The position numbers were made by a program, and so were the translations under genes. This document shows positions 1 to 10,326 of a stretch of DNA of 64,000 nucleotides, one piece after another. The notes below the pieces were generated by a model that saw only the letters and a list, made by a program, of their open reading frames with translations, ran no database searches and was not told the DNA's origin. Position 1 is the stretch's first letter. Every line of letters begins with the position of its first letter. The stretch is from Spirochaetia bacterium (GTDB lineage: Bacteria; Spirochaetota; Spirochaetia; SZUA-6; Bin103), in contig CBDBDQ010000005.1 in assembly GCA_965203905.1 (NCBI GenBank), positions 2,912,001 through 2,976,000 of the forward strand. Direction: 5' to 3'.

Positions 1-1
1 G

Positions 2-622
2 CACCTGTTCGACTTCGCCTGCCAACTGTTCGGAGCGCCGCTCTGGTGCCAGTCGCTCATTACCACCGACGGCCGGCCGGCCACGCCGGACGACCTGGTC
101 GAGGGGCCGTTCGGGATGGGCCCCACCGCCGGCAACGGCCTCGCCGCACAGTTTCAGTTCCCGGACTGCACCGTGGAGTTCGTCTCCTACTGGGCCAGCC
201 GCACGGGCTGGCAGCACGGCGAGTCCCTGCCCTACGGCGCGGAGGTGCACGGCACCGCCGGCACGCTGTGCCTGCCCGGACCCACCATTGAGGGCCCCGA
301 CCTGTACCTGCACCCCTTCACCCACTCCCGCGGCCCCACCTGGGGCAACCCGCACCCCGCGCTCGCCGGCGCCCCGCAGTGGCAGGTGCTGGCGCACGAG
401 GAGGTCCAGTCGCGCCAGAAGTGGGTGAATGCGCACCACCGCATGGCGCGCTCCCTGCTCGACCTGCTCGACGGCCGGCAGCCGGAGTACGAGCTGTGCA
501 TCGGCCAGGCCGCCCGCCTGCTGGTGGAGATGGCGACCGCGGTGCGGCTGGCGCACATCCGCGGCGCACGCGTCGCCTTCCCGGTCACCGAAGCCGGCAA
601 CCCGTTCGAGAACTGGAGCTGA
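2..622 (+). CDS. Gfo/Idh/MocA-family oxidoreductase, C-terminal part (5' end outside window)
   Basis: Frame open from nt 2 (HLFDFACQLFGAP...), 'AEVHGTAGTL' motif, continuous with ORF 116..622. Confidence 0.65.
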   Translation, partial: HLFDFACQLFGAPLWCQSLITTDGRPATPDDLVEGPFGMGPTAGNGLAAQFQFPDCTVEFVSYWASRTGWQHGESLPYGAEVHGTAGTLCLPGPTIEGPDLYLHPFTHSRGPTWGNPHPALAGAPQWQVLAHEEVQSRQKWVNAHHRMARSLLDLLDGRQPEYELCIGQAARLLVEMATAVRLAHIRGARVAFPVTEAGNPFENWS

Positions 623-639
623 TCTGCCATGATGCGGCC

Positions 640-1569
640 ATGAAGCTGATCTACGCGTTTCGTGGGCGCATCTTCTTTCCCTTTTACCACAAGAAGCCGT
701 TTCCCGTGTTCCTGCCTCCACCGGAAGTGCGCACCCGGTGGTTGAGCAAGGTGCGCGACATCGGCTTCGAGGGGCTGGAGCTTGGCCTCGATGACCTGAT
801 CGACAGGAGCGACGCCGAAGTCGACGACCTGGGCCGGGAGCTGCGCGATGCCGGCCTGCCCTGTCTCGGCATCCGCGGCGGCGGCGGGCTGCACCATCCG
901 CGGGTCGCGAGGCAGAACCGCGCCCGCCTGGAACGCGGCATCGACCTGGCGGCGCGGATCGGGGCCGGCGTCCTCAACACGCTGACCAACGCGCCGCTGG
1001 AGCCCGACCTGCCGGGCGCCGGCAGCGGCTGGGGAGGGCTGGTGTCGCAGAACTCCAGCCGGGGGGCGAGCGAGTCGGACTACCGCTGCAACGCCGAGGG
1101 GCTCGCCGCGGTCGCGGAGCGGGCCGCCGACCTGGGCGTAGCGATCAGCATCGAGCTGCACCAGAACACCATCTGCGACAACAGTTGGTCGCTGATCCAC
1201 CTGCTGGAGCTGATCGACCGGCCCAACGTGGGCGCCAATCCCGACCTGGGCAACGTCTACTGGACCTACGAGACTCCGGAGGAGAGCTGCGAGGAAGCGA
1301 TCCTGGCCCTCGCTCCGCATGCCAACTACTGGCACATGAAGAACCTGCTGCGGGTCCCGCTGCCCGGGATGCAGCGCGCGGTGTACCTGCGCCGCCCGAT
1401 CCCGGACGGCGAGATCAACTACCGCTTCGCGGTGGCCGCCATGCTCGACGCGGGCTACGACGGCTGCTTCGGGGTGGAGGGCATGATCGCCGGCGACCAG
1501 CTTACCGACGACGCCCGCAGCTACCGCCGCATCAGGAGCCTGATCAAAGAGACTCAAGGCGTCCCGTAG
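640..1569 (+). CDS. Sugar phosphate isomerase/epimerase (xylose isomerase-like TIM barrel)
   Basis: GFEGLEL, ISIELH, NPDLGN, WHMKN, GVEG metal-binding motifs; ATG at 640. Confidence 0.85.
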   Translation: MKLIYAFRGRIFFPFYHKKPFPVFLPPPEVRTRWLSKVRDIGFEGLELGLDDLIDRSDAEVDDLGRELRDAGLPCLGIRGGGGLHHPRVARQNRARLERGIDLAARIGAGVLNTLTNAPLEPDLPGAGSGWGGLVSQNSSRGASESDYRCNAEGLAAVAERAADLGVAISIELHQNTICDNSWSLIHLLELIDRPNVGANPDLGNVYWTYETPEESCEEAILALAPHANYWHMKNLLRVPLPGMQRAVYLRRPIPDGEINYRFAVAAMLDAGYDGCFGVEGMIAGDQLTDDARSYRRIRSLIKETQGVP

Positions 1570-1727
1570 CATCCGGCCCGGCCCGCGCAACCGCCGCCGG
1601 AAGTGGCCGAAGCTACCAGCCTATGCCCTGGTCCGAAAGTGGCGGCCACCGTGCACTGCCCCCATGCGCTGTTTTCATGGCCAGAGGCCGAAGAAGGGCA
1701 GCAATGATGATTGGCAGCACCCGCACG

Positions 1728-1999
1728 ATCGGGATGCGCGGATCAACATTCTCAAGCGGATGCTGATCCATGTCTGGGCGTTCAACCTGAGCCTGATCAT
1801 GCGCCGGTCGTTCGGCTACGGCACACCCCGTGGTCTCGCGAGCGCGCTCTCGCGCCTACTCGTTTGCGGTCGCCATCACCTCCAGCGCATCTGCCATCAC
1901 CTGCGGAGGATGATTCAAATCCTCATATCGACCCGTTCGGCTCAGCCGTCTCTCACCGGCACCGCCCTCGCTGGCCGGTGCTTCGCCACGGGCTGCTAG
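1728..1999 (+). mobile_element. IS transposase C-terminal remnant (IS1182/IS5-like) with right end
   Basis: NILKRMLIHVWAFNLSLIMRRSFGYGTPRGL resembles a DDE transposase C-terminus; ends TTCGCCACGGGCTGCTAG, an IS-end-like sequence with CTAG. Confidence 0.55.
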
Positions 2000-2005
2000 T
2001 GCTGG

Positions 2006-2517
2006 TTGACTTCTTCCCGCAATCTGGGATACCGTCAAAAGAAGGCGACGTTGAGCCAGGTGCCCAAGCAACGCCAGCTGCTGACGAAGATTCCGTATCA
2101 GGCCAGCGAGCGCCGGGCGCGGGAAAAGAAGCGGGTGTTTCAGAACTGGTGTCTTGGTCACGGCTATGAGCGGGCCGCCGAGCTGATCGACGAGAACTGG
2201 GAGCAGATGGTGAGTTTCTACCGGTTCCCGCGCGGCCACTGGCGGCACCAACAAGCGACCAACGTGGTGGAGTCGCCGTTTGCGGCGTTGCGGCTGCGCA
2301 CGGACGCGGCGAAACGATTCAAGAAGGTCGCCAACGCGACCGCCGTGGTATGGAAGATGTTGTTGGTCGCCGAACGCAAGTTCCGGCGACTCAACTCGCC
2401 TGAGCTACTGCCGGCCGTAGCCGCCGGGCAGCAGTATCACGACGGCCTACTGATCAGAGGAGGCTAAGACCAAGAGGCTGCCGCCTGATCTGTTTACACG
2501 CCTATTGACGGAACCTC
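2006..2517 (+). mobile_element. IS256-family transposase C-terminal fragment plus right inverted repeat
   Basis: FYRFPRGHWRH..TNVVESPFAALRLRT motif; terminal TACACGCCTATTGACGGAACCTC at 2495-2517. Confidence 0.85.
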
Positions 2518-2635
2518 CCGCAATTCAAATCTAGTTATAGCGTGCTTCCGGGTTCTGTGTGGGTGTAGTGTACCAAGCGCTCGTCGGTATCGAGCGTCGT
2601 GGTACTCGAGTTGCAAAACCGTTGGAGGACCAAAC

Positions 2636-4357
2636 ATGTTCAAAGGAAACCAAACCTGCCTTGCAATCTTGATTTTCGCGCTTTCGGTATCTTCCGTCTT
2701 TGCCGAAGGTTCACAAGAGCAGGAAGCCGTCGAAGTGGAGGAAGGCGTACCCACATACGGTGGGACGCTTACCTATTATGAGAGGGACCATTCGACCGAA
2801 CCAGAAAGCCCGGGCATTGCTAATGCTGCTTATTTCTCACTCACTTGGCTCTGCCACATTCAAGAGAAGCCAGTGCTTGGCGATCTGGAGAAATACGGGC
2901 CCAGAGGCAGCGGTGAAACCAATTTTCAGGTGACTGCGCTTATTCCCGAGAGGTTCCAAAGAGGTCACTTAATCGAAAGTTGGGAGATTACTCCTGACGA
3001 GATAACCTGGCACGTACGTCCAGGAATCCATTGGGCGGCGGACAACGTCGATTGGATGGAAAACAGGGAACTAACTGCGGAGGACCTCGCCCTTGACATA
3101 ATCGCCTTCTGGAAATCTCCATGGGGCGGAAGGTTCGAGGGAATACTAGCTGATGTATACGCCACGGATAGATACACCTTAGTGATCGAATTCGAAAACT
3201 ATTCTGGTCAGCTTATGTATTACCTGAGTTATGAGGATCGTGCGATATATAGTCCACCCGAATTGGAAGCCAATGGTCCTGATAAGTGGGAAAATCAGGT
3301 TGGCACTGGACCGTTCATGTTCGAAGAGTATGTCATTGGTTCTCATATGAGCTTCGTAAGGAATCCCAATTACTGGAAAACGACAACCATTGACGGTGTG
3401 GAATATCAACTACCGTTTGCAGACAGGCTGGTCGCGCCCATCATTCCCGATGTGTCTACCCAAATGGCCGCCCTGCGAACAGGGACGATTGACATGTATG
3501 GGTTCGCTCCTGTCTCGACTTTCAATACCTTGGACAGGGTGCCCGAGCTGAAAAACGCCAAGTATTCGGATGTAGGGTTTGGCGTGATGTTAAGGAATGA
3601 CGAGCCACCTTTCAATGATGTAAACGTTCGCCGAGCTATGATGCTTGGCACAGACCTGAAAGCCTTCGCCAGATTCGGGCAGGCAGGAGACCTGCCAGCA
3701 CACTGGTGGCCGAGCCACTCGGGGAATCCTGACGTTTACACGCCACAGGAAGAGCTGAATGAGGACAGCCAAACACTGTACGAGTATGACCCAGAAACAG
3801 CTAGGCAGATGCTGGCAGACGCGGGCTACCCCAATGGCTTTGAGATCGATTATTTCATTACGCCTAAAATTCCGCCACTGGGGTCCGAAGATCTCGCGGC
3901 TCTGGTTAAAGACAGTTGGGCTAAGATTGGTGTTGAGGTCAACATAAGGTCTTTCGATTCCACTACCTTTACGATGTATCGACAGACGAACTCCTATACC
4001 GACGCTATGCAGCTTGGTACGCAGGTCGGAAACCCACTTAATGTGATCGCTGACATAGGCACGATAGGCGGAGAATTCAACGTTGCTCGGTATCGCAACG
4101 AGCTTGTTGATGAGCTGGTGACCGAGGCGAAGGCGGAGATGGATTTCGTGCAGCGAGACCGGCTACTGAAAGAGGCAAGTGTCCACATAATCGATGAGGT
4201 CCCGTTTGTGCCTCTCTACCTTGCGCCGCAGGGCCACTATTGGTGGCCGTGGCTGAGAAACTACTTTGGCGAACTTAGTATTAGCGACGGGTTTTTGACT
4301 GAAATCCTACCCTACATCTGGATTGACCAAGACCTAAAGGCAGATATGGGGTTTTAG
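2636..4357 (+). CDS. ABC transporter substrate-binding protein, family 5 (Dpp/Opp-like)
   Basis: Signal peptide, PTYGGTL, VGTGPFM, RNPNYW, PFNDVNVRRAM; RBS GGAGG. Confidence 0.9.
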   Translation: MFKGNQTCLAILIFALSVSSVFAEGSQEQEAVEVEEGVPTYGGTLTYYERDHSTEPESPGIANAAYFSLTWLCHIQEKPVLGDLEKYGPRGSGETNFQVTALIPERFQRGHLIESWEITPDEITWHVRPGIHWAADNVDWMENRELTAEDLALDIIAFWKSPWGGRFEGILADVYATDRYTLVIEFENYSGQLMYYLSYEDRAIYSPPELEANGPDKWENQVGTGPFMFEEYVIGSHMSFVRNPNYWKTTTIDGVEYQLPFADRLVAPIIPDVSTQMAALRTGTIDMYGFAPVSTFNTLDRVPELKNAKYSDVGFGVMLRNDEPPFNDVNVRRAMMLGTDLKAFARFGQAGDLPAHWWPSHSGNPDVYTPQEELNEDSQTLYEYDPETARQMLADAGYPNGFEIDYFITPKIPPLGSEDLAALVKDSWAKIGVEVNIRSFDSTTFTMYRQTNSYTDAMQLGTQVGNPLNVIADIGTIGGEFNVARYRNELVDELVTEAKAEMDFVQRDRLLKEASVHIIDEVPFVPLYLAPQGHYWWPWLRNYFGELSISDGFLTEILPYIWIDQDLKADMGF

Positions 4358-4454
4358 GTAGTGGTAGCTATCGCTGGGGCTTCGGCAGTTCCCGATATGG
4401 GAGAGGGGTAGGGACCTATAAGGGGGGCTTTCACAGCGGCTGAGCGAAGGCGGT

Positions 4455-5432
4455 ATGCGTGCTTACGTAATCAGAAGGTTGTTGCTAGTCATACCCACTG
4501 TGCTCGTTGTCAGTGTAGTGATCTTCTACCTGGTCGACTTGCTTCCAGGTGATATAATATCCGCGATGCGGACAGCCGATTTCGGCAGCACACTCGACAT
4601 GTCTGCTATTGAGGAGGCGTTGGGGCTGAATGCCCCAGCGCTCACCCGGTATGGACGCTGGCTCGGGGTCGCGCCGCAGGCGGACGGCGAGTTCAGTGGT
4701 ATTCTTCAGGGTGAGCTTGGGCTTTCCTGGTGGCGACGGATGCCCGTGCTTGAACTCCTGTCCACTAAATGGCCGGTAACCCTTGAGCTTGGCCTCCTGT
4801 CTCTAGCCATCAGCCAAATAATTGCCTTGCCCATAGGTATATATTCCGCGCTACGGCAGGACACCTGGGGTGACTATCTCGGCCGCACTTTCGCCATATT
4901 GTGTATCTCTGTCCCTGGTTTCTGGTTGGGGACCATGGTGATGGTCTTACCGGCAATCTGGTGGGGCTACATGCCGCCGATAATGCTTATCCCCTTTACC
5001 GAGGACCCAATTGCCAACCTGAGAATGTTCATAATCCCCGCTACCATTCTGGCGATGGCTATGGGCGGAATGGTCATGAGGATGACCCGAACGATGATGC
5101 TGGAGGTGCTGCGGCAGGACTACATAAGGACGGCGTGGGCAAAGGGCCTCAAGGAAAGGGTAATCGTGATGCGACATGCCCTGAAGAATGCGCTAATCCC
5201 GGTAGTCACCATAATAGGGATTCAGATACCGTTTCTAATTGGCGGTACGGTTGTCATAGAGCAGATATTTAGCCTGCCGGGGATGGGCCGCCTGATAGTA
5301 GATGCTATCAATCAGCGGGATTACCCGCTGATTAGCGGTACCGCGCTGCTTTTTACAGTCGTTTTGGTATTAGTCAACCTAGTCATTGATCTGTCCTACG
5401 CCTATTTGGACCCCAGAGTTCATTATGGATAG
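4455..5432 (+). CDS. ABC peptide/nickel permease (DppB/OppB-like)
   Basis: DYIRTAWAKGL EAA loop, RHALKNA, multiple TM segments. Confidence 0.92.
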   Translation: MRAYVIRRLLLVIPTVLVVSVVIFYLVDLLPGDIISAMRTADFGSTLDMSAIEEALGLNAPALTRYGRWLGVAPQADGEFSGILQGELGLSWWRRMPVLELLSTKWPVTLELGLLSLAISQIIALPIGIYSALRQDTWGDYLGRTFAILCISVPGFWLGTMVMVLPAIWWGYMPPIMLIPFTEDPIANLRMFIIPATILAMAMGGMVMRMTRTMMLEVLRQDYIRTAWAKGLKERVIVMRHALKNALIPVVTIIGIQIPFLIGGTVVIEQIFSLPGMGRLIVDAINQRDYPLISGTALLFTVVLVLVNLVIDLSYAYLDPRVHYG

Positions 5433-6363
5433 CGGGAAGATCGGCGAAGGTCGTGGTGTGAAGACCAGCGAGAGATCAGTGGTCGCTCAGAAAAGGAAAC
5501 ACTCCTGGCTGGTCGGTTCCTTGATAAAGCTGATAAAAGAGAAGAGACTCGGTGCTGCTGGCGGTATTGTGACCCTATTTCTGCTGCTGATCGGGATTTT
5601 TGCGGACTTCCTTGCCCCCTATGGTATGAACGAGACCTGGGTGGGAGATTTCATAGCACCGCCATCAGCCGAATTCTGGTTGGGGACGGATAATGTGGGG
5701 CGAGACTTGCTGTCGCGGGTCATCTTTGGGGCCCGTGTCTCGGTGATAGTGGGATTGGGTTCCTCTACCATGGCTACCGCCATTTCTTTAGTCATTGGTA
5801 TGGTGAGTGGCTATATTGGCGGCAAGCTTGACCTGCTAGTGCAGAGGATCGTTGATATATGGATGGTCTTGCCTGGGCTGATCATCATGATGATTATGAT
5901 AACTATCATCGGGCCAGGTGTGTGGCAGATAATCATCGTTATAGGGATAACATCAGGTGTGCCCGGTTCCAGAATAGTGAGAAGTGCGGTGATCGGTGTT
6001 AAGGAGAATGACTATGTAGGGGTGGCGGTGGCGATCGGCTGTCGCGCCAGCAGAATACTTGTCCGGCACATCCTCCCTAATATTCTGGCGCCCACAATCA
6101 TCGTGTTTACCACGCGCGTGCCGAATGCGATTCTGGTTGAGGCTAGCTTGAGCTTCCTCGGCTTTGGCATACCTCCCCCGACTCCCAGCTGGGGCGGCAT
6201 GCTTAGTGGCACTGGGCGTGCCTTCATGTTCGATGCCCCATGGATGGTCATATGGCCCGGTCTGGCCCTAGCCACAGTGGTCTATGCTATAAATATGTTT
6301 GGCGATGCGGTAAGGGATCTGTTGGATCCGAAGTTGAGGGGAGCGTCGGACGCTATGGGCTGA
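5425..6363 (+). CDS. ABC peptide/nickel permease (DppC/OppC-like)
   Basis: WLGTDNVGRDLLSRVIFGAR, RHILPN, LSFLGFG..PSWG. Confidence 0.92.
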   Translation: MDSGKIGEGRGVKTSERSVVAQKRKHSWLVGSLIKLIKEKRLGAAGGIVTLFLLLIGIFADFLAPYGMNETWVGDFIAPPSAEFWLGTDNVGRDLLSRVIFGARVSVIVGLGSSTMATAISLVIGMVSGYIGGKLDLLVQRIVDIWMVLPGLIIMMIMITIIGPGVWQIIIVIGITSGVPGSRIVRSAVIGVKENDYVGVAVAIGCRASRILVRHILPNILAPTIIVFTTRVPNAILVEASLSFLGFGIPPPTPSWGGMLSGTGRAFMFDAPWMVIWPGLALATVVYAINMFGDAVRDLLDPKLRGASDAMG

Positions 6364-6450
6364 CATTGCAGAGAAGATAGAGTTGCCATCGCGGTGGAGG
6401 TCTACATATCCGGAACTGCTCGTGGCACACAACGATAGTAGGAGCTGATT

Positions 6451-7287
6451 GTGCTTGGAGACCTTGCAGGTAGGGTAGCCTTCATAACGGGGGCAAGTCA
6501 GGGGATAGGCCGAAGCATCTGTCTGATCATGGCAGCGCAAGGGGCTGACATAGTTGCGGCGGATATAGACACGGAAGGGGCCCGTGAGGTAGCCACGGAG
6601 ATAGAGATGCTAGGTCGCAAGCCCTTGGTGGTGCAACTGGACGTTGCCCAGCGGGACTCAGCGGTCGCCGCTGTCAAGCAGGCTCTGGATGCCTTCGGCA
6701 ACGTTGACATCTTGGTCAACAACGCCTCGGTTGTGTCTGCCCCCAACAGCACGTCTCATGAAGACGGTATGGATACGGATGAGGATTGGCGCGTCGTCTT
6801 CGCCGTGAACGTGTTGGGCCCGATACATTGCTGTGAGGCCGTCATACCGCATATGAGGGAAAGGCGGTACGGAAAGATAATCAACATCGGTTCCGTTGCA
6901 GCACACGCCGGCCGTCCCCCACGGGTAGCAGGGATGGGATACCCGAATGCCTACCCGGTGAGCAAAGCGGCACTCCTCAGATATACCAAAGCGCTTGTTC
7001 ACCAGGTCTCTGCATTCAACATCAACGTGAACGCAATCTGCCCTTCAATGGTATGGACACCAAGCGTGCGCCGGTCGATCGAAGAGATGATCCGCCTGAG
7101 CCCCGAACTAGCCAACAAGGACCCGCACGATGTGTACCTGGATATGCGCCGCGCAGAGGTACCGCTAGGCCGCGAGCAGGCACCAGAGGAGATTGCCAAG
7201 ATGGCGGCGTTCCTTGCTTCGGAAGACGCGCGTAACGTGACGGGACAATGCATACACGTGGACGGAGGGATGATATTGCGCGACTAA
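6451..7287 (+). CDS. Short-chain dehydrogenase/reductase
   Basis: TGASQGIG, NNA, YPVSK catalytic YxxxK. Confidence 0.9.
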   Translation: MLGDLAGRVAFITGASQGIGRSICLIMAAQGADIVAADIDTEGAREVATEIEMLGRKPLVVQLDVAQRDSAVAAVKQALDAFGNVDILVNNASVVSAPNSTSHEDGMDTDEDWRVVFAVNVLGPIHCCEAVIPHMRERRYGKIINIGSVAAHAGRPPRVAGMGYPNAYPVSKAALLRYTKALVHQVSAFNINVNAICPSMVWTPSVRRSIEEMIRLSPELANKDPHDVYLDMRRAEVPLGREQAPEEIAKMAAFLASEDARNVTGQCIHVDGGMILRD

Positions 7288-7348
7288 AGTTCAATATCAC
7301 GGCAAACCCGCATCGAACGATAGCATTTGGCAAAATGGAGGTGATGAC

Positions 7349-8434
7349 TTGGCCAACCGAATTGCAGTACTAGGAGCCGGGGCTGTTGGCAGTTGCATCG
7401 GGGCCTACCTCGCACTGGAAGGCCATGATGTGACGTTGATAGACCAGTGGCCGGAGCATGTGGACAGGATGAAGCGCGACGGTCTCACGGTGAGGGATCC
7501 GGAGAAAGAGTTCACCGTGCCGGTCAAGGCCTTACACTTGTGCGAGGTAAGCGGCCTTCAGGACCAGTTCGATATAGTTTTCCTGGCGGTCAAGTCCTAC
7601 GACACCCTTTGGTCGACACACTTCATCGCACCATACCTGAAGCCCACGGGGCTTATGCTCTCCGCGCAGAACGGTATGAACGACGAGGTGGTGGCTGGTG
7701 TTGTCGGTTTCGACCGCACCGCGGGATGCGTGGTGCAGTTGGGGGCGGCAACGTACGAGCCGGGTTATGTTGTCCGCACCGAACCTATCAATGTTCACAC
7801 TTTTGCCGTTGGGGAACTTGCTGGTGCAGCGACGCCGCGGGTGCGCAACGTAGCCGACTCCTTGAGGGCTGCGGGCCCGAGCGAGGTGACGAGCAACATT
7901 GAAGGGGCACGGTGGTCCAAGATGGTAGTCAATTGCATGGGCAATGCTCTGGCCGGTCTGCTGGGACCTGCGGCATCCTCACTGACCCTGGAGCAGCAGG
8001 AGCTTGCCGCCCTTGTCAGGATGGTGCTCGGCAGGGAGGTAGTGTTGGTAGCGCAGAAGCTTGGGGTGGAGGTCGAGCCGATATATGGCGTTTCCGTTCA
8101 GGAGTTTGCCGAAGCAACCACACCTGACGCGCTGACGGCCTTGAGGGCCAAGCTGGAATCGGGCTCGCGTGATAGAAGCCTGACCCCCGACCAAGCGCGT
8201 TTGCTGGGCGTGCCACCACGCGCATCCCTGCTGCAGGATGTGATCAAGGGGAGGCGGACGGAAATAGATTATCTCAACGGTTACGTTGTGCACCGAGGCC
8301 GAGAGGTAGGAGTATTCATACCGTTAAACCAGGCAATGGTAGAGCTGGTGAAGCAGGTGGAGCGCGGAGAGGCGCAGCCCGGACCATCGAACCTGCAGCA
8401 ACTTGAGCACCACTTGGCATTCCAGGTCCATTAA
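7349..8434 (+). CDS. Ketopantoate reductase-family (PanE/ApbA) oxidoreductase
   Basis: GAGAVG, AVKSYD, QNG, WSKMVVN, SLLQDV..GRRTEIDYLNG. Confidence 0.88.
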   Translation: MANRIAVLGAGAVGSCIGAYLALEGHDVTLIDQWPEHVDRMKRDGLTVRDPEKEFTVPVKALHLCEVSGLQDQFDIVFLAVKSYDTLWSTHFIAPYLKPTGLMLSAQNGMNDEVVAGVVGFDRTAGCVVQLGAATYEPGYVVRTEPINVHTFAVGELAGAATPRVRNVADSLRAAGPSEVTSNIEGARWSKMVVNCMGNALAGLLGPAASSLTLEQQELAALVRMVLGREVVLVAQKLGVEVEPIYGVSVQEFAEATTPDALTALRAKLESGSRDRSLTPDQARLLGVPPRASLLQDVIKGRRTEIDYLNGYVVHRGREVGVFIPLNQAMVELVKQVERGEAQPGPSNLQQLEHHLAFQVH

Positions 8435-8450
8435 ACGAAGGAGAAAAAAG

Positions 8451-9167
8451 ATGCATAGCAACAAAATATTGGCCAAGGTCAAGGCCGGTGAGAAGGCGGT
8501 GGGGCTGCAAATACCGTTTTGCAGTCCTGACTTGGTGGAACTTATGGGGATAACCGGGATCGATTATGTTTTCGTGGATTGCGAACACGGTTCCTTCTCC
8601 TTGAGTGATGTCGAGACGATGTGCCGGGCGGCGGAGCTGGCCGGGATAACTCCTGTCGTGCGCGTGGTCGATGTCGAGCCCAGCACCATTTTGCGCTTCA
8701 TCGTCAGGGGTGCCATGGGGATTATCGGTCCCCATATAAGAACCAAGGCTCAGGCCGAGCAACTGGTGGGAGCATGCCTTTTCGCACCCCGGGGTATGCG
8801 CAGTTACGGCAATGCCCGTGGCGATTACTACGGCACCCCCGACTCAGCCAGTGAGCATATGCGCCGCGCGAACGAAGAGATGTTTATCTGTGGAATGATC
8901 GAGGAGGAGGAAGGGTTCGACAACTTGCCGGAGATTCTGACCGTAGACGGGCTGGACTTTTTCAAGTTCGGTGTACATGACATCTCGCTGGATATGAAAC
9001 TGCCTGGTCAGTTCGACCATCCGAAAGTCAAACAAGCGATCGAGGGGGCAACGCAGCAGATACGTGCCGCAGGCAAAATGGTGACCGACGACGTGATGTG
9101 GGAAGATACCGTATCGGACCTGTTCCTGGGTGCAGCGAGGGAATTCGCTATCAGGGGTAGGACCTGA
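8451..9167 (+). CDS. HpcH/HpaI-family aldolase
   Basis: DYVFVDCEHG, P.G.RS, MIE; RBS AAGGAG before ATG 8451. Confidence 0.85.
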   Translation: MHSNKILAKVKAGEKAVGLQIPFCSPDLVELMGITGIDYVFVDCEHGSFSLSDVETMCRAAELAGITPVVRVVDVEPSTILRFIVRGAMGIIGPHIRTKAQAEQLVGACLFAPRGMRSYGNARGDYYGTPDSASEHMRRANEEMFICGMIEEEEGFDNLPEILTVDGLDFFKFGVHDISLDMKLPGQFDHPKVKQAIEGATQQIRAAGKMVTDDVMWEDTVSDLFLGAAREFAIRGRT

Positions 9168-9212
9168 AACCAACAATAGTCAACAACGTGAGCAATCGTT
9201 AATGCGGATAGC

Positions 9213-10187
9213 GTGCGGCGCATGAAGTCCGTGCTCGTGAACCAGGCCATGGCCGAGGGGATGGATGAGGTGTTCGGCCCGCGCGACGACATCGAAGTCC
9301 GGGTGGTCGAGGAACAGACCGAAAGTGCGCTGCTGCGCCACCTCCCCGGCGCGCACGGGCTGGTGCTGGGGTCGGCGCCGATGACCGAGCGCGTGATCGA
9401 GATTGCGCGCGGTACGCTGAAGGTGGTGGCGCGCCGGGGCGTGGGATACGACAACGTGGACGTGGCGGCGCTCACGAGAGCCGGTATTCCGCTTACCGTG
9501 GTGGGCACCGCCAACTCGGTGTCGGTTGCCGAGCACGCCCTGCACCTGATGCTGGCGCTCGCCAAGCAGAGCCACGTGCAGGACGTGCGGCTGCGCACGG
9601 CAACCTGGAACGACGCGCGCCTGGTGCGTCCGGTGGATCTCGCCGGGCGCCGCGTGCTGGTGCTCGGCCTGGGCCGCATCGGACGCCTGCTGGCGGCTCG
9701 GCTGCGGGCGATGGAGATGGAGGTGCTGGTGCACGACCCGTTCGTGGCCGACGCCGAGATTGCGGCCGCCGGCGCCACCGCGACCGCCGACTGGCGCGCG
9801 GCGCTGCCGGAGATCGACTTCCTCACCGTGAACTGCCCCAAGACTCCCGAGACCACCGGCATGGTGGGCGCCGCCGAGCTGGCGGCGATGAAGACCACCG
9901 CCTTCGTGGTCAACACCGCGCGCGGCGGCATCATCGACGAGGCGGCGCTGCACGCGGCGCTGCGCGACCGCGCCATCGGCGGCGCCGGCATCGACGCGTT
10001 CGACCAGGAACCGGCGCCGCCCGACCACCCGCTGTTCGAGCTGGACAACGCCATCTTCACGCCGCACGTGGCCGGGCTGACCACCGAGGCGGTGTACCGG
10101 ATGAACGTGCGCGCCGCCCGCAACGTGGTCGACGCGTGCGACGGCGTCCTCGACCCGGAGTACGTAGTGAACCGCGAAGTCCTGTAG
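9213..10187 (+). CDS. D-isomer-specific 2-hydroxyacid dehydrogenase (SerA-like)
   Basis: RRGVGYDNVD, GLGRIG, VNTARG, FDQEP, TPHVAG. Confidence 0.92.
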   Translation: MRRMKSVLVNQAMAEGMDEVFGPRDDIEVRVVEEQTESALLRHLPGAHGLVLGSAPMTERVIEIARGTLKVVARRGVGYDNVDVAALTRAGIPLTVVGTANSVSVAEHALHLMLALAKQSHVQDVRLRTATWNDARLVRPVDLAGRRVLVLGLGRIGRLLAARLRAMEMEVLVHDPFVADAEIAAAGATATADWRAALPEIDFLTVNCPKTPETTGMVGAAELAAMKTTAFVVNTARGGIIDEAALHAALRDRAIGGAGIDAFDQEPAPPDHPLFELDNAIFTPHVAGLTTEAVYRMNVRAARNVVDACDGVLDPEYVVNREVL

Positions 10188-10326
10188 TCGATGCAGCCAG
10201 CCGGACGCTTGTTGCGACGTATTTGCCGCGCGTGGTAGGTTCGCCGGCGATGCTGGCGGCGGACCACCGCGGACGAGCGCGAACGTGTGGCAGCCGCCGG
10301 CGGCAGGACCAACAGGAGGAACAGGA

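Noticed and set aside
2505-2540. IS256 outward -35 (TTGACG) forming a hybrid promoter
   Set aside because: No acceptable -10 hexamer at 16-18 nt spacing.
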